64,000 nucleotides of DNA, taken from assembly GCF_050320075.1 (NCBI RefSeq), contig NZ_CP190018.1. The stretch is one strand, 5' to 3'. Below are positions 9,846 through 25,310 of this stretch, piece after piece. Both the position numbers and the translations under genes were made by a program. The stretch is from Escherichia coli (GTDB lineage: Bacteria; Pseudomonadota; Gammaproteobacteria; Enterobacterales; Enterobacteriaceae). Every line of letters starts with the position of its first letter. Position 1 is the first letter of the stretch. Under the pieces are notes generated by a model. The model was given only the letters and a program-made list of their open reading frames with translations. It was not told the DNA's origin and searched no databases.

Positions 9846-10670
9846 ATGAACAAAACCGCGATTGCGCTGCTGGCCCTGCTTGCCAGTAGCGCCAGCCTGG
9901 CAGCGACGCCGTGGCAAAAAATAACCCAACCTGTGCCGGGTAGCGCACAATCGATAGGCAGTTTTTCTAATGGTTGTATCGTCGGCGCTGACACGCTGCC
10001 GATACAGTCCGAACATTATCAGGTCATGCGTACCGATCAGCGTCGCTATTTCGGACATCCGGATCTGGTGATGTTTATCCAGCGTCTGAGTAGCCAGGTG
10101 AGCAATCTGGGCTTGGGCACGGTGCTGATTGGCGATATGGGGATGCCTGCTGGTGGTCGTTTCAACGGCGGTCACGCCAGCCACCAGACCGGACTGGATG
10201 TGGACATCTTCCTGCAACTGCCAAAAACACGCTGGACCTCCGCGCAGCTCTTGCGCCCGCAAGCGTTAGATTTAGTTTCCCGCGACGGTAAACACGTTGT
10301 TCCGACGCTGTGGAAGCCAGAAATTTTCAGCTTGATCAAACTCGCCGCCCAGGACAAAGACGTCACGCGCATTTTTGTTAATCCGGCGATTAAACAACAA
10401 CTTTGCCTTGATGCGGGCACCGATCGCGACTGGTTGCGCAAAGTGCGACCCTGGTTCCAGCATCGCGCGCATATGCATGTACGATTACGTTGTCCTGCCG
10501 ATAGTCTGGAGTGTGAAGATCAACCTTTACCGCCACCAGGCGATGGTTGCGGGGCAGAACTGCAAAGCTGGTTTGAACCTCCAAAACCGGGAACAACAAA
10601 GCCTGAGAAGAAGACACCGCCTCCGTTGCCGCCTTCCTGCCAGGCGCTACTGGATGAGCACGTGATCTAA
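9846..10670 (+). CDS. mepA: Penicillin-insensitive murein DD-endopeptidase
   Basis: 274 aa with signal peptide; recognised as MepA; begins 3 nt after the aroC stop. Confidence 0.92.
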   Translation: MNKTAIALLALLASSASLAATPWQKITQPVPGSAQSIGSFSNGCIVGADTLPIQSEHYQVMRTDQRRYFGHPDLVMFIQRLSSQVSNLGLGTVLIGDMGMPAGGRFNGGHASHQTGLDVDIFLQLPKTRWTSAQLLRPQALDLVSRDGKHVVPTLWKPEIFSLIKLAAQDKDVTRIFVNPAIKQQLCLDAGTDRDWLRKVRPWFQHRAHMHVRLRCPADSLECEDQPLPPPGDGCGAELQSWFEPPKPGTTKPEKKTPPPLPPSCQALLDEHVI

Positions 10671-11479
10671 TGGAAACGTTTAATAGCCTGTTTATGGTTT
10701 CCCCGCTGTTGCTGGGAGTTCTCTTTTTTGTCGCCATGCTGGCGGGATTTATCGACTCGATTGCCGGTGGCGGTGGGTTACTCACCATTCCGGCATTGAT
10801 GGCGGCGGGGATGTCTCCCGCTAACGCGCTGGCAACCAATAAACTGCAAGCCTGCGGTGGCTCTATTTCCGCCACTATCTACTTTATTCGCCGCAAAGTG
10901 GTTAGTTTAAGCGATCAGAAACTCAATATCGCCATGACCTTTGTCGGCTCAATGAGCGGCGCATTGCTGGTGCAGTATGTTCAGGCTGATGTCTTACGGC
11001 AGATTTTGCCCATTCTGGTGATTTGTATCGGCCTCTATTTCTTGCTGATGCCAAAGCTGGGTGAAGAAGATCGCCAGCGTCGGATGTACGGTTTACCCTT
11101 CGCGTTAATTGCCGGTGGCTGCGTCGGTTTTTATGACGGCTTCTTTGGTCCGGCAGCGGGATCGTTTTACGCGCTGGCCTTTGTTACGCTGTGCGGATTC
11201 AACCTCGCCAAAGCCACGGCTCACGCCAAATTACTCAACGCAACGTCAAATATCGGCGGTTTACTGCTGTTTATTCTCGGTGGCAAAGTGATTTGGGCGA
11301 CAGGATTCGTGATGCTGGTGGGGCAGTTCCTCGGCGCGCGCATGGGTTCACGACTGGTGTTGAGCAAAGGACAAAAGCTGATCCGCCCGATGATCGTTAT
11401 CGTCTCGGCGGTGATGAGTGCCAAATTACTTTACGATAGCCACGGACAGGAGATCCTCCACTGGTTGGGGATGAACTAA
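10670..11479 (+). CDS. yfcA: TauE/SafE-family inner-membrane transporter
   Basis: 269 aa, multi-pass hydrophobic protein; start overlaps the mepA stop by 1 nt (TAATG). Confidence 0.88.
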   Translation: METFNSLFMVSPLLLGVLFFVAMLAGFIDSIAGGGGLLTIPALMAAGMSPANALATNKLQACGGSISATIYFIRRKVVSLSDQKLNIAMTFVGSMSGALLVQYVQADVLRQILPILVICIGLYFLLMPKLGEEDRQRRMYGLPFALIAGGCVGFYDGFFGPAAGSFYALAFVTLCGFNLAKATAHAKLLNATSNIGGLLLFILGGKVIWATGFVMLVGQFLGARMGSRLVLSKGQKLIRPMIVIVSAVMSAKLLYDSHGQEILHWLGMN

Positions 11480-12027
11480 TGAACAGTACACACCACTATG
11501 AGCAGTTGATTGAAATTTTTAATAGCTGCTTTGCCGATGATTTTAATACCCGTCTGATTAAAGGCGACGACGAACCGATCTATCTTCCTGCTGATGCGGA
11601 AGTACCGTATAACCGAATCGTCTTTGCTCATGGCTTTTATGCCAGCGCAATTCATGAGATTTCGCACTGGTGTATTGCCGGGAAAGCGCGCCGTGAGCTG
11701 GTTGATTTCGGCTACTGGTATTGTCCCGACGGACGCGATGCCCAAACGCAAAGCCAGTTTGAAGATGTTGAAGTGAAGCCGCAGGCGCTGGACTGGTTGT
11801 TCTGTGTGGCGGCGGGATATCCGTTTAATGTCAGTTGCGACAATCTGGAAGGGGATTTCGAACCGGACCGCGTGGTATTTCAACGGCGGGTACATGCACA
11901 GGTGATGGATTATCTGGAAAACGGCATTCCTGAACGCCCGGCACGCTTCATTAAAGCATTACAAAATTATTATCACACGCCGGAACTTACGGCGGAACAG
12001 TTCCCGTGGCCGGAAGCGCTCAACTGA
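11479..12027 (+). CDS. epmC: Elongation factor P hydroxylase
   Basis: 182 aa; recognised as YfcM/EpmC; start overlaps the yfcA stop by 1 nt. Confidence 0.88.
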   Translation: MNSTHHYEQLIEIFNSCFADDFNTRLIKGDDEPIYLPADAEVPYNRIVFAHGFYASAIHEISHWCIAGKARRELVDFGYWYCPDGRDAQTQSQFEDVEVKPQALDWLFCVAAGYPFNVSCDNLEGDFEPDRVVFQRRVHAQVMDYLENGIPERPARFIKALQNYYHTPELTAEQFPWPEALN

Positions 12028-12060
12028 AGCCTGCGCCACGTTTTACAATGAGGAAAGAAG

Positions 12061-12339
12061 ATGATCGCGGAGTTTGAATCACGCATTCTGGCATTAATCG
12101 ACGGTATGGTTGACCATGCCAGTGATGATGAGTTGTTTGCCAGTGGGTATTTGCGTGGCCACCTGACATTAGCCATCGCAGAACTGGAAAGTGGTGATGA
12201 CCACTCCGCCCAGGCGGTACATACAACCGTTAGCCAGAGTCTGGAAAAAGCCATTGGTGCCGGTGAATTGTCGCCGCGTGACCAGGCACTGGTGACCGAT
12301 ATGTGGGAAAACCTGTTTCAGCAGGCGTCACAGCAGTAA
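12061..12339 (+). CDS. yfcL: Small conserved protein YfcL
   Basis: 92-aa ORF directly downstream of epmC in the same orientation. Confidence 0.8.
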
Positions 12340-12345
12340 GTAATG

Positions 12346-12377
12346 TGCCGGATAAGGCGTTCACGCCGCATCCGGCA
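12346..12377. repeat. REP palindrome between convergent yfcL and mnmC
   Basis: tgccggataaggcgttcacgccgcatccggca, canonical REP sequence. Confidence 0.8.
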
Positions 12378-12394
12378 AACACTGCCAAAGTAGA

Positions 12395-14467
<2,073 letters not shown>

Positions 14468-14476
14468 CTATTAATC

Positions 14477-14493
14477 GTCTGATCGGACTTGTT
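14477..14493 (+). promoter_or_regulatory. Candidate FadR operator in the fabB promoter
   Basis: gtctgatcggacttgtt resembles the FadR box (AACTGGTCNGACCTGTT; fabA-type AACTGATCGGACTTGTT), about 70-85 nt upstream of the fabB start. Confidence 0.6.
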
Positions 14494-14494
14494 C

Positions 14495-14512
14495 GGCGTA
14501 CAAGTGTACGCT
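14495..14512 (+). promoter_or_regulatory. Candidate FabR operator in the fabB promoter
   Basis: ggcgtacaagtgtacgct is a near-palindrome matching the FabR site pattern (AGCGTACA..TGT..GCT), immediately downstream of the FadR box. Confidence 0.6.
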
Positions 14513-14559
14513 ATTGTGCCATTCGAAACTTACTATAGTGCGACTTACAGAGGTATTGA

Positions 14560-15780
14560 ATGAAACGTGCAGTGATTACTGGCCTGGGCATCGTTTCCAG
14601 CATCGGTAATAACCAGCAGGAAGTCCTGGCATCTCTGCGTGAAGGACGCTCAGGGATCACTTTCTCTCAAGAGCTGAAGGACTCCGGCATGCGTAGCCAC
14701 GTATGGGGCAACGTAAAACTGGATACCACTGGCCTCATTGACCGCAAAGTTGTGCGCTTTATGAGCGACGCATCCATCTATGCATTCCTTTCCATGGAGC
14801 AGGCAATCGCAGATGCTGGCCTCTCCCCGCAAGCTTATCAGAACAACCCACGTGTGGGCCTGATTGCAGGTTCCGGTGGTGGTTCCCCGCGTTTCCAGGT
14901 GTTCGGCGCTGACGCAATGCGCGGCCCGCGCGGCCTGAAAGCGGTTGGCCCGTATGTGGTCACTAAAGCGATGGCATCTGGCGTTTCTGCCTGTCTCGCC
15001 ACGCCGTTTAAAATTCATGGCGTTAACTACTCCATCAGCTCCGCGTGTGCGACTTCCGCACACTGTATCGGTAACGCAGTAGAGCAGATCCAACTGGGCA
15101 AACAGGACATCGTGTTTGCTGGTGGCGGCGAAGAGCTGTGCTGGGAAATGGCTTGCGAATTCGACGCGATGGGTGCGCTGTCTACCAAATACAACGACAC
15201 CCCGGAAAAAGCCTCCCGTACTTACGACGCTCACCGTGACGGTTTCGTTATCGCAGGCGGCGGCGGTATGGTAGTGGTTGAAGAGCTGGAACACGCGCTG
15301 GCGCGTGGTGCTCACATCTATGCTGAAATCGTTGGCTACGGCGCAACGTCTGATGGCGCAGACATGGTTGCTCCGTCTGGCGAAGGCGCAGTGCGTTGCA
15401 TGAAGATGGCGATGCACGGTGTTGATACCCCAATCGACTACCTGAACTCCCACGGTACTTCGACTCCGGTTGGCGACGTGAAAGAGCTGGCGGCTATCCG
15501 TGAAGTGTTCGGCGATAAGAGCCCGGCGATTTCTGCAACCAAAGCAATGACCGGTCACTCTCTGGGCGCTGCTGGCGTACAGGAAGCTATCTACTCTCTG
15601 CTGATGCTGGAACACGGCTTTATCGCCCCGAGCATCAACATTGAAGAGCTGGACGAACAGGCTGCGGGTCTGAACATCGTGACCGAAACGACCGATCGCG
15701 AACTGACCACCGTTATGTCTAACAGCTTCGGCTTCGGCGGCACCAACGCCACGCTGGTAATGCGCAAGCTGAAAGATTAA
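14560..15780 (+). CDS. fabB: 3-oxoacyl-[acyl-carrier-protein] synthase I
   Basis: 406 aa; [23 protein letters not shown]-terminus and active-site Cys region ([12 protein letters not shown]) recognised as FabB. Confidence 0.95.
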   Translation: MKRAVITGLGIVSSIGNNQQEVLASLREGRSGITFSQELKDSGMRSHVWGNVKLDTTGLIDRKVVRFMSDASIYAFLSMEQAIADAGLSPQAYQNNPRVGLIAGSGGGSPRFQVFGADAMRGPRGLKAVGPYVVTKAMASGVSACLATPFKIHGVNYSISSACATSAHCIGNAVEQIQLGKQDIVFAGGGEELCWEMACEFDAMGALSTKYNDTPEKASRTYDAHRDGFVIAGGGGMVVVEELEHALARGAHIYAEIVGYGATSDGADMVAPSGEGAVRCMKMAMHGVDTPIDYLNSHGTSTPVGDVKELAAIREVFGDKSPAISATKAMTGHSLGAAGVQEAIYSLLMLEHGFIAPSINIEELDEQAAGLNIVTETTDRELTTVMSNSFGFGGTNATLVMRKLKD

Positions 15781-15787
15781 TTTGGAG

Positions 15788-15823
15788 TAGGTCGGATAAG
15801 ACGCGTCAGCGTCGCATCCGACA
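15788..15823. repeat. REP palindrome downstream of fabB
   Basis: taggtcggataagacgcgtcagcgtcgcatccgaca. Confidence 0.75.
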
Positions 15824-15856
15824 TTACGCGCCAATGCGGCCTCCGGCACTAACGCC

Positions 15857-15882
15857 AAAGGGAACCCGATGGTTCCCTTTTT
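15857..15882 (+). terminator. Rho-independent terminator downstream of fabB
   Basis: Hairpin aaagggaacc/ggttcccttt with a 4-nt loop, followed by a T-run. Confidence 0.65.
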
Positions 15883-16041
15883 CACATCATTGACAATCGC
15901 CGCCTGTTCCAGGCAAACTTCCCGCTTTGTCGATTTCCTTCTGAAAAGACGTGCGCGTTAAATCCTGCCAACGCACCGTAACCCTGAAACCAGAGAGATG
16001 AGACGGGGAAATTCCTCGCCTTGCGCTGCATTCTGGAGTAA

Positions 16042-18215
<2,174 letters not shown>

Positions 18216-18313
18216 TACGTATCCTTATACCTGAAATCTTCGCAAGTATGCCTGGCCGCGAGATTATGGCACACTTGTCCGGTTAACTCTCGTCTCATAC
18301 AGGTAACACAAAC

Positions 18314-19450
18314 GTGAAAATCCTTGTTGATGAAAATATGCCTTATGCCCGCGACTTATTTAGCCGTTTGGGCGAGGTGACCGCGATTCCCGGGCGTCCA
18401 ATCCCCGTGGCTCAACTGGCAGACGCGGATGCGCTGATGGTGCGTTCGGTCACGAAAGTGAATGAATCTTTGCTGGCAGGAAAACCCATTAAATTTGTTG
18501 GCACTGCCACCGCGGGGACCGACCATGTCGATGAAGCGTGGTTAAAGCAGGCGGGAATTGGTTTTTCCGCGGCACCAGGCTGTAATGCGATTGCGGTGGT
18601 GGAATATGTTTTCTCCTCACTGCTGATGCTTGCCGAACGCGATGGATTTTCACTGCACGACCGTACAGTGGGGATCGTGGGCGTTGGTAACGTTGGTCGC
18701 CGTTTACAGGCGCGACTGGAAGCGTTAGGGATTACAACCTTGCTTTGCGATCCGCCTCGCGCCGACCGTGGGGATGAGGGGGATTTCCGCTCGCTGGATG
18801 AATTAGTTCAGCATGCGGATATTCTGACTTTCCATACGCCACTCTTTAAAGATGGTCCGTACAAAACGCTGCATCTGGCGGATGAAAAACTGATCCGTAG
18901 CCTGAAACCAGGAGCGATTCTGATTAACGCCTGCCGTGGCGCAGTCGTCGATAATACTGCCCTATTGACCTGTCTGAACGAAGGCCAGAAGTTAAGCGTA
19001 GTGCTGGATGTCTGGGAAGGCGAACCGGAACTCAACGTGGAATTGCTGAAAAAAGTGGATATCGGCACGCCGCATATCGCAGGCTATACCCTGGAAGGTA
19101 AAGCACGCGGTACTACGCAAGTGTTTGAAGCCTATAGCAAGTTTATTGGGCATGAACAGCATGTTGCGCTGGATACGTTGCTGCCCGCGCCAGAGTTTGG
19201 CCGCATTACGCTGCATGGTCCGCTCGATCAACCGACGCTGAAAAGGCTGGTGCATTTGGTGTATGATGTGCGCCGCGATGACGCACCGCTGCGTAAAGTC
19301 GCCGGAATACCGGGTGAGTTCGATAAGCTGCGCAAAAACTATCTTGAGCGCCGTGAATGGTCATCTCTGTATGTGATTTGTGATGACGCCAGCGCGGCAT
19401 CATTGCTGTGTAAACTGGGTTTTAACGCCGTTCATCATCCGGCACGTTAA
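18314..19450 (+). CDS. pdxB: Erythronate-4-phosphate dehydrogenase
   Basis: 378 aa; GTG start ([12 protein letters not shown]); D-2-hydroxyacid dehydrogenase NAD-binding motif GIVGVGNVG. Confidence 0.92.
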   Translation: MKILVDENMPYARDLFSRLGEVTAIPGRPIPVAQLADADALMVRSVTKVNESLLAGKPIKFVGTATAGTDHVDEAWLKQAGIGFSAAPGCNAIAVVEYVFSSLLMLAERDGFSLHDRTVGIVGVGNVGRRLQARLEALGITTLLCDPPRADRGDEGDFRSLDELVQHADILTFHTPLFKDGPYKTLHLADEKLIRSLKPGAILINACRGAVVDNTALLTCLNEGQKLSVVLDVWEGEPELNVELLKKVDIGTPHIAGYTLEGKARGTTQVFEAYSKFIGHEQHVALDTLLPAPEFGRITLHGPLDQPTLKRLVHLVYDVRRDDAPLRKVAGIPGEFDKLRKNYLERREWSSLYVICDDASAASLLCKLGFNAVHHPAR

Positions 19451-19515
19451 TCTCTTCTTCATGCTCTCTGCTGTAATATTGGCAGGGAGCTTTGCTATTT
19501 CTGGAGTAAACCACC

Positions 19516-20529
19516 ATGTCTGAAGGCTGGAACATTGCCGTCCTGGGCGCAACTGGCGCTGTGGGCGAAGCCCTGCTTGAAACGCTGGCTGAACGTCAGT
19601 TCCCGGTTGGGGAAATTTATGCACTGGCACGTAACGAAAGCGCAGGCGAACAACTGCGCTTTGGTGGTAAGACAATCACCGTGCAGGATGCCGCTGAATT
19701 CGACTGGACGCAGGCGCAGCTGGCGTTTTTTGTCGCAGGCAAAGAAGCTACCGCTGCCTGGGTTGAAGAAGCGACCAACTCAGGTTGCCTGGTGATCGAT
19801 AGCAGCGGATTGTTTGCTCTCGAACCTGACGTACCGCTGGTGGTGCCGGAAGTAAACCCGTTTGTACTGACCGATTACCGCAACCGGAATGTCATCGCCG
19901 TACCGGACAGTCTGACCAGCCAACTGCTGGCGGCACTGAAACCGTTAATCGATCAGGGCGGTTTGTCGCGTATCAGCGTTACCAGCCTGATTTCAGCCTC
20001 CGCCCAGGGCAAAAAAGCGGTCGATGCGTTAGCGGGGCAGAGTGCGAAATTGCTCAACGGCATTCCGATTGATGAAGAAGATTTCTTCGGGCGTCAGCTG
20101 GCGTTCAACATGCTGCCGTTACTGCCGGATAGCGAAGGTAGCGTGCGTGAAGAACGTCGTATCGTTGACGAAGTACGAAAAATCCTGCAGGACGAAGGGC
20201 TGATGATTTCGGCAAGCGTCGTCCAGGCACCGGTATTCTACGGTCATGCCCAGATGGTCAACTTTGAAGCACTGCGTCCGCTGGCAGCAGAAGAAGCGCG
20301 TGATGCGTTTGCTCAGGGCGAAGATATTGTGCTCTCTGAAGAGAACGAATTCCCGACTCAGGTGGGGGATGCTTCTGGTACGCCGCATCTTTCCGTTGGC
20401 TGCGTACGTAATGACTACGGTATGCCGGAGCAAGTTCAGTTCTGGTCGGTGGCCGATAACGTTCGCTTTGGCGGCGCGCTGATGGCAGTAAAAATCGCCG
20501 AGAAACTGGTGCAGGAGTATCTGTACTAA
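19516..20529 (+). CDS. usg: Aspartate-semialdehyde dehydrogenase homolog Usg
   Basis: 337 aa; NAD-binding N-terminus ([12 protein letters not shown]); immediately upstream of truA. Confidence 0.88.
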   Translation: MSEGWNIAVLGATGAVGEALLETLAERQFPVGEIYALARNESAGEQLRFGGKTITVQDAAEFDWTQAQLAFFVAGKEATAAWVEEATNSGCLVIDSSGLFALEPDVPLVVPEVNPFVLTDYRNRNVIAVPDSLTSQLLAALKPLIDQGGLSRISVTSLISASAQGKKAVDALAGQSAKLLNGIPIDEEDFFGRQLAFNMLPLLPDSEGSVREERRIVDEVRKILQDEGLMISASVVQAPVFYGHAQMVNFEALRPLAAEEARDAFAQGEDIVLSEENEFPTQVGDASGTPHLSVGCVRNDYGMPEQVQFWSVADNVRFGGALMAVKIAEKLVQEYLY

Positions 20530-21341
20530 TGTCCGACCAGCAACAACCGCCAGTTTATAAAATTGCGCTGGGCATTGAGTACGACGGCAGTAAGTATTAC
20601 GGCTGGCAACGGCAGAACGAAGTCCGCAGTGTGCAGGAGAAGCTGGAAAAGGCGCTCTCCCAGGTGGCGAACGAACCCATCACCGTCTTCTGCGCCGGGC
20701 GTACTGACGCAGGTGTACACGGCACCGGGCAGGTTGTGCATTTCGAAACGACCGCGCAGCGCAAAGACGCTGCGTGGACGTTGGGCGTAAATGCGAATTT
20801 ACCTGGTGACATCGCCGTGCGTTGGGTTAAAGCTGTACCTGATGATTTTCATGCCCGATTTAGCGCCACGGCTCGCCGTTATCGCTACATCATCTACAAT
20901 CATCGGCTGCGCCCGGCGGTACTGAGTAAAGGGGTAACCCATTTTTACGAACCGCTGGACGCTGAACGGATGCATCGGGCCGCGCAATGCTTGCTGGGCG
21001 AGAATGATTTCACCTCGTTCCGTGCGGTGCAGTGCCAGTCCCGAACCCCGTGGCGCAACGTTATGCATATTAATGTCACGCGTCACGGTCCTTATGTGGT
21101 GGTAGATATCAAAGCGAATGCCTTTGTACATCATATGGTCAGGAATATTGTCGGCAGCCTGATGGAAGTCGGTGCCCACAACCAGCCGGAGAGCTGGATA
21201 GCAGAGTTGCTGGCGGCAAAGGACAGAACGCTGGCGGCAGCAACGGCAAAAGCGGAAGGGCTGTATCTGGTCGCGGTGGATTACCCTGACCGGTATGATC
21301 TTCCAAAACCGCCAATGGGCCCGCTATTTCTGGCGGACTAA
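20529..21341 (+). CDS. truA: tRNA pseudouridine(38-40) synthase
   Basis: 270 aa; start overlaps the usg stop (TAATG); catalytic motif GRTDAGVHG. Confidence 0.93.
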   Translation: MSDQQQPPVYKIALGIEYDGSKYYGWQRQNEVRSVQEKLEKALSQVANEPITVFCAGRTDAGVHGTGQVVHFETTAQRKDAAWTLGVNANLPGDIAVRWVKAVPDDFHARFSATARRYRYIIYNHRLRPAVLSKGVTHFYEPLDAERMHRAAQCLLGENDFTSFRAVQCQSRTPWRNVMHINVTRHGPYVVVDIKANAFVHHMVRNIVGSLMEVGAHNQPESWIAELLAAKDRTLAAATAKAEGLYLVAVDYPDRYDLPKPPMGPLFLAD

Positions 21342-21423
21342 CAAGAATAATGCTCGGAACATTTCAGGCTGTAGCCAACGTAGTTACAGCCTGTAAGATG
21401 ACGAGTACAAGGCATAGGCTAAT

Positions 21424-22083
21424 ATGGACCTGATTTATTTCCTCATCGATTTTATCCTGCACATTGACGTGCATCTGGCAGAACTGGTCGCGGAGTATGG
21501 CGTCTGGGTTTATGCCATTTTGTTCTTAATTTTGTTCTGTGAAACCGGTCTGGTGGTAACGCCGTTTTTACCGGGTGATTCATTGCTGTTTGTTGCCGGT
21601 GCGTTGGCATCACTGGAAACCAACGATCTCAACGTCCATATGATGGTGGTGCTGATGCTGATCGCCGCGATTGTGGGTGACGCGGTGAACTACACCATTG
21701 GACGGTTATTTGGTGACAAACTGTTCAGTAATCCGGATTCGAAAATCTTTCGTCGCAGTTATCTTGATAAGACTCATCAGTTTTACGAGAAACATGGCGG
21801 CAAAACGATTATTCTCGCCCGTTTTGTGCCGATCGTCAGAACGTTCGCGCCGTTCGTTGCGGGAATGGGCCACATGTCGTATCGTCATTTCGCCGCTTTT
21901 AACGTCATCGGCGCGTTGCTATGGGTACTGATTTTTACCTACGCGGGTTATTTCTTCGGAACGCTCCCCTTCATTCAGAGCAACCTTAAACTGATGATTG
22001 TTGGCATTATTTTTGTTTCAATATTGCCAGGTGTTTTCGAATTTATTCGCCACAAACGCGCTGCGGCACGCGCCGCAAAATAA
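21424..22083 (+). CDS. dedA: DedA-family inner-membrane protein
   Basis: 219 aa, multi-pass membrane protein recognised as DedA. Confidence 0.88.
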   Translation: MDLIYFLIDFILHIDVHLAELVAEYGVWVYAILFLILFCETGLVVTPFLPGDSLLFVAGALASLETNDLNVHMMVVLMLIAAIVGDAVNYTIGRLFGDKLFSNPDSKIFRRSYLDKTHQFYEKHGGKTIILARFVPIVRTFAPFVAGMGHMSYRHFAAFNVIGALLWVLIFTYAGYFFGTLPFIQSNLKLMIVGIIFVSILPGVFEFIRHKRAAARAAK

Positions 22084-22238
22084 AAAGTAACTCCGCGGTT
22101 CGACCACTTTTTTATCCAAAGTTTCGGGCTGTTATGTTTTAATGTGCAACATTCATGGTCTGTTGGGGGCAAAAATGGCATTATGCGTCCCCAAAGATAA
22201 AACTGGCATCGAACCAGGTTCAGACAGAAAGGTCCCTA

Positions 22239-23153
22239 ATGAGCTGGATTGAACGAATTAAAAGCAACATTACTCCCACCCGCAAGGCGAGCATTCCTGA
22301 AGGGGTGTGGACTAAGTGTGATAGCTGCGGTCAGGTTTTATACCGCGCTGAGCTGGAACGTAATCTTGAGGTCTGTCCGAAGTGTGACCATCACATGCGT
22401 ATGACAGCGCGTAATCGCCTGCATAGCCTGTTAGATGAAGGAAGCCTTGTGGAGCTGGGTAGCGAGCTTGAGCCGAAAGATGTGCTGAAGTTTCGTGACT
22501 CCAAGAAGTATAAAGAGCGTCTGGCATCTGCGCAGAAAGAAACCGGCGAAAAAGATGCGCTGGTGGTGATGAAAGGCACCCTGTATGGAATGCCAGTTGT
22601 CGCTGCGGCATTCGAGTTCGCCTTTATGGGCGGTTCCATGGGGTCTGTGGTAGGTGCACGTTTCGTGCGTGCCGTTGAGCAGGCGCTGGAAGATAACTGC
22701 CCACTGATCTGCTTCTCCGCCTCTGGTGGCGCACGTATGCAGGAAGCACTGATGTCGCTGATGCAGATGGCGAAAACCTCTGCGGCGCTGGCAAAAATGC
22801 AGGAGCGCGGCTTGCCGTACATCTCCGTGCTGACCGACCCGACCATGGGTGGTGTTTCTGCAAGTTTCGCCATGCTGGGCGATCTCAACATCGCTGAACC
22901 GAAAGCGTTAATCGGCTTTGCCGGTCCGCGTGTTATCGAACAGACCGTTCGCGAAAAACTGCCGCCAGGATTCCAGCGCAGTGAATTCCTGATCGAGAAG
23001 GGCGCGATCGACATGATCGTCCGTCGTCCGGAAATGCGCCTGAAACTGGCGAGTATTCTGGCGAAGTTGATGAATCTGCCAGCGCCGAATCCTGAAGCGC
23101 CGCGTGAAGGCGTAGTGGTGCCACCGGTACCAGATCAGGAACCTGAGGCCTGA
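22239..23153 (+). CDS. accD: Acetyl-CoA carboxylase carboxyltransferase subunit beta
   Basis: 304 aa from the ATG at 22239 ([10 protein letters not shown]); N-terminal C4 zinc finger (CDSCGQ...CPKCDHH); the ORF-track ORF extends 28 codons upstream. Confidence 0.93.
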   Translation: MSWIERIKSNITPTRKASIPEGVWTKCDSCGQVLYRAELERNLEVCPKCDHHMRMTARNRLHSLLDEGSLVELGSELEPKDVLKFRDSKKYKERLASAQKETGEKDALVVMKGTLYGMPVVAAAFEFAFMGGSMGSVVGARFVRAVEQALEDNCPLICFSASGGARMQEALMSLMQMAKTSAALAKMQERGLPYISVLTDPTMGGVSASFAMLGDLNIAEPKALIGFAGPRVIEQTVREKLPPGFQRSEFLIEKGAIDMIVRRPEMRLKLASILAKLMNLPAPNPEAPREGVVVPPVPDQEPEA

Positions 23154-23162
23154 TAACTGATA

Positions 23163-23191
23163 AGGGCAGGGCCACTGGCTCTGCCCTTTTG
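23163..23191 (+). terminator. Rho-independent terminator after accD
   Basis: Hairpin agggcag...ctgccct followed by ttttgc. Confidence 0.55.
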
Positions 23192-23222
23192 CTATTCTCA
23201 CCGTAACGAATCAGCGGATACC

Positions 23223-24491
23223 ATGATTATCAAACGCACTCCTCAAGCCGCGTCGCCTCTGGCTTCGTGGCTTTCTTATCTGGAAAACCTGCACAGTAAA
23301 ACTATCGATCTCGGCCTTGAGCGCGTGAGCCAGGTCGCGGCGCGTCTTGGCGTTCTGAAACCAGCGCCATTTGTGTTTACCGTTGCGGGTACGAATGGCA
23401 AAGGCACCACCTGCCGTACGCTGGAGTCGATTCTGATGGCGGCAGGGTACAAAGTGGGCGTCTACAGTTCACCGCATCTGGTGCGTTATACCGAGCGCGT
23501 ACGTGTGCAGGGTCAGGAATTGCCGGAATCGGCCCACACCGCCTCTTTTGCGGAGATTGAATCGGCACGCGGTGATATTTCCCTGACCTATTTCGAGTAC
23601 GGTACGCTGTCGGCGTTGTGGCTGTTCAAGCAGGCACAACTTGACGTGGTGATTCTGGAAGTAGGGCTGGGTGGTCGTCTGGACGCAACCAATATTGTCG
23701 ATGCCGATGTCGCGGTTGTAACCAGCATTGCGCTGGATCATACCGACTGGCTGGGGCCAGATCGCGAAAGCATTGGTCGCGAGAAAGCAGGCATCTTCCG
23801 CAGCGAAAAACCGGCAATTGTCGGTGAGCCGGAAATGCCTTCTACCATTGCTGATGTGGCGCAGGAAAAAAGTGCACTGTTACAACGTCGGGGCGTTGAG
23901 TGGAACTATTCCGTCACCGATCATGACTGGACGTTTAGCGATGCTCACGGCACGCTGGAAAATCTGCCGTTGCCGCTTGTCCCGCAACCGAATGCCGCAA
24001 CGGCGCTGGCGGCACTGCGTGCCAGCGGGCTGGAGGTCAGTGAAAATGCCATTCGCGACGGGATTGCCAGCGCAATTTTGCCGGGACGTTTCCAGATTGT
24101 GAGCGAGTCGCCACGTGTTATTTTTGATGTCGCGCATAATCCACATGCGGCGGAATATCTCACCGGGCGTATGAAAGCGCTACCGAAAAACGGGCGCGTG
24201 CTGGCGGTTATCGGTATGCTACATGATAAAGATATTGCCGGAACTCTGGCCTGGTTGAAAAGCGTGGTTGATGACTGGTATTGTGCGCCACTGGAAGGGC
24301 CGCGCGGTGCCACGGCAGAACAACTGCTTGAGCATTTGGGTAACGGCAAATCATTTGATAGCGTGGCGCAGGCATGGGATGCCGCAATGGCGGACGCTAA
24401 AGCGGAAGATACCGTGCTGGTGTGTGGTTCGTTCCACACGGTCGCACATGTCATGGAAGTGATTGACGCGAGGAGAAGCGGTGGCAAGTAA
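23223..24491 (+). CDS. folC: Dihydrofolate synthase / folylpolyglutamate synthase
   Basis: 422 aa; Mur-ligase P-loop (GTNGKGTT). Confidence 0.93.
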   Translation: MIIKRTPQAASPLASWLSYLENLHSKTIDLGLERVSQVAARLGVLKPAPFVFTVAGTNGKGTTCRTLESILMAAGYKVGVYSSPHLVRYTERVRVQGQELPESAHTASFAEIESARGDISLTYFEYGTLSALWLFKQAQLDVVILEVGLGGRLDATNIVDADVAVVTSIALDHTDWLGPDRESIGREKAGIFRSEKPAIVGEPEMPSTIADVAQEKSALLQRRGVEWNYSVTDHDWTFSDAHGTLENLPLPLVPQPNAATALAALRASGLEVSENAIRDGIASAILPGRFQIVSESPRVIFDVAHNPHAAEYLTGRMKALPKNGRVLAVIGMLHDKDIAGTLAWLKSVVDDWYCAPLEGPRGATAEQLLEHLGNGKSFDSVAQAWDAAMADAKAEDTVLVCGSFHTVAHVMEVIDARRSGGK

Positions 24492-25143
24492 GTTTCAGAA
24501 TCGGTTAGTGGGCACGATCGTGCTGGTGGCGCTGGGGGTGATTGTACTTCCAGGGCTGCTGGACGGGCAGAAAAAACATTATCAGGATGAGTTCGCGGCT
24601 ATCCCGCTGGTGCCAAAAGCGGGCGATCGCGATGAGCCTGATATGATGCCAGCCGCCACCCAGGCGCTGCCGACGCAGCCGCCGGAAGGCGCAGCGGAAG
24701 AGGTGCGGGCAGGTGATGCCGCAGCACCGTCGCTCGATCCGGCCACTATTGCAGCCAATAACACCGAGTTTGAACCGGAACCTGCACCGGTCGCCCCACC
24801 GAAGCCGAAACCGGTGGAGTCGCCTAAACCGAAGGTTGAAGCACCACCTGCGCCGAAGCCAGAACCGAAGCCGGTCGTGGAAGAAAAAGCAGCGCCAACG
24901 GGTAAAGCTTATGTTGTGCAACTGGGCGCGCTGAAAAATGCCGATAAAGTGAATGAGATTGTCGGTAAGCTGCGCGGTGCCGGTTATCGGGTTTATACGT
25001 CGCCATCCACGCCAGTGCAGGGTAAAATTACCCGTATTCTGGTTGGGCCTGATGCTTCCAAAGAGAAGCTGAAAGGATCGCTGGGTGAGCTCAAGCAGCT
25101 TTCTGGCTTAAGTGGCGTGGTAATGGGCTATACGCCGAATTAA
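24481..25143 (+). CDS. dedD: Cell-division SPOR-domain protein
   Basis: 220 aa from the GTG at 24481 (MASKFQNRLVGTIVLVALGVIVLPG); Pro/Ala/Lys-rich linker and C-terminal SPOR domain; overlaps the folC 3' end by 11 nt. Confidence 0.88.
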   Translation: MASKFQNRLVGTIVLVALGVIVLPGLLDGQKKHYQDEFAAIPLVPKAGDRDEPDMMPAATQALPTQPPEGAAEEVRAGDAAAPSLDPATIAANNTEFEPEPAPVAPPKPKPVESPKPKVEAPPAPKPEPKPVVEEKAAPTGKAYVVQLGALKNADKVNEIVGKLRGAGYRVYTSPSTPVQGKITRILVGPDASKEKLKGSLGELKQLSGLSGVVMGYTPN

Positions 25144-25180
25144 TACGGTCTTGCCCGATGCCGCAAAGGCATAAAAAGTC

Positions 25181-25217
25181 GATGGCGTTGAATATTTTTT
25201 CAGCGCCATTTTTATTG
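25181..25217 (+). terminator. Rho-independent terminator after dedD
   Basis: Hairpin gatggcgttga/tcagcgccatt followed by ttttatt. Confidence 0.55.
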
Positions 25218-25238
25218 ATGCGTGGGAAGGAAATCCCT

Positions 25239-25254
25239 ACGCAAACGTTTTCTT
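25239..25254 (+). promoter_or_regulatory. PurR operator (pur box) of the cvpA-purF operon
   Basis: acgcaaacgttttctt matches the PurR consensus ANGMAAACGTTTNCNT; a -10-like tagaat lies at 25262-25267. Confidence 0.7.
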
Positions 25255-25310
25255 TTTCTGTTAGAATGCGCCCCGAACAGGATGACAGGGCGTAAAATCG
25301 TGGGACACAT

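Noticed and set aside
14650..15885. 411-aa ORF on the - strand
   Set aside because: Antisense to fabB; composition (Arg/Ala/Val-rich) is typical of a shadow ORF, and it has no start context.
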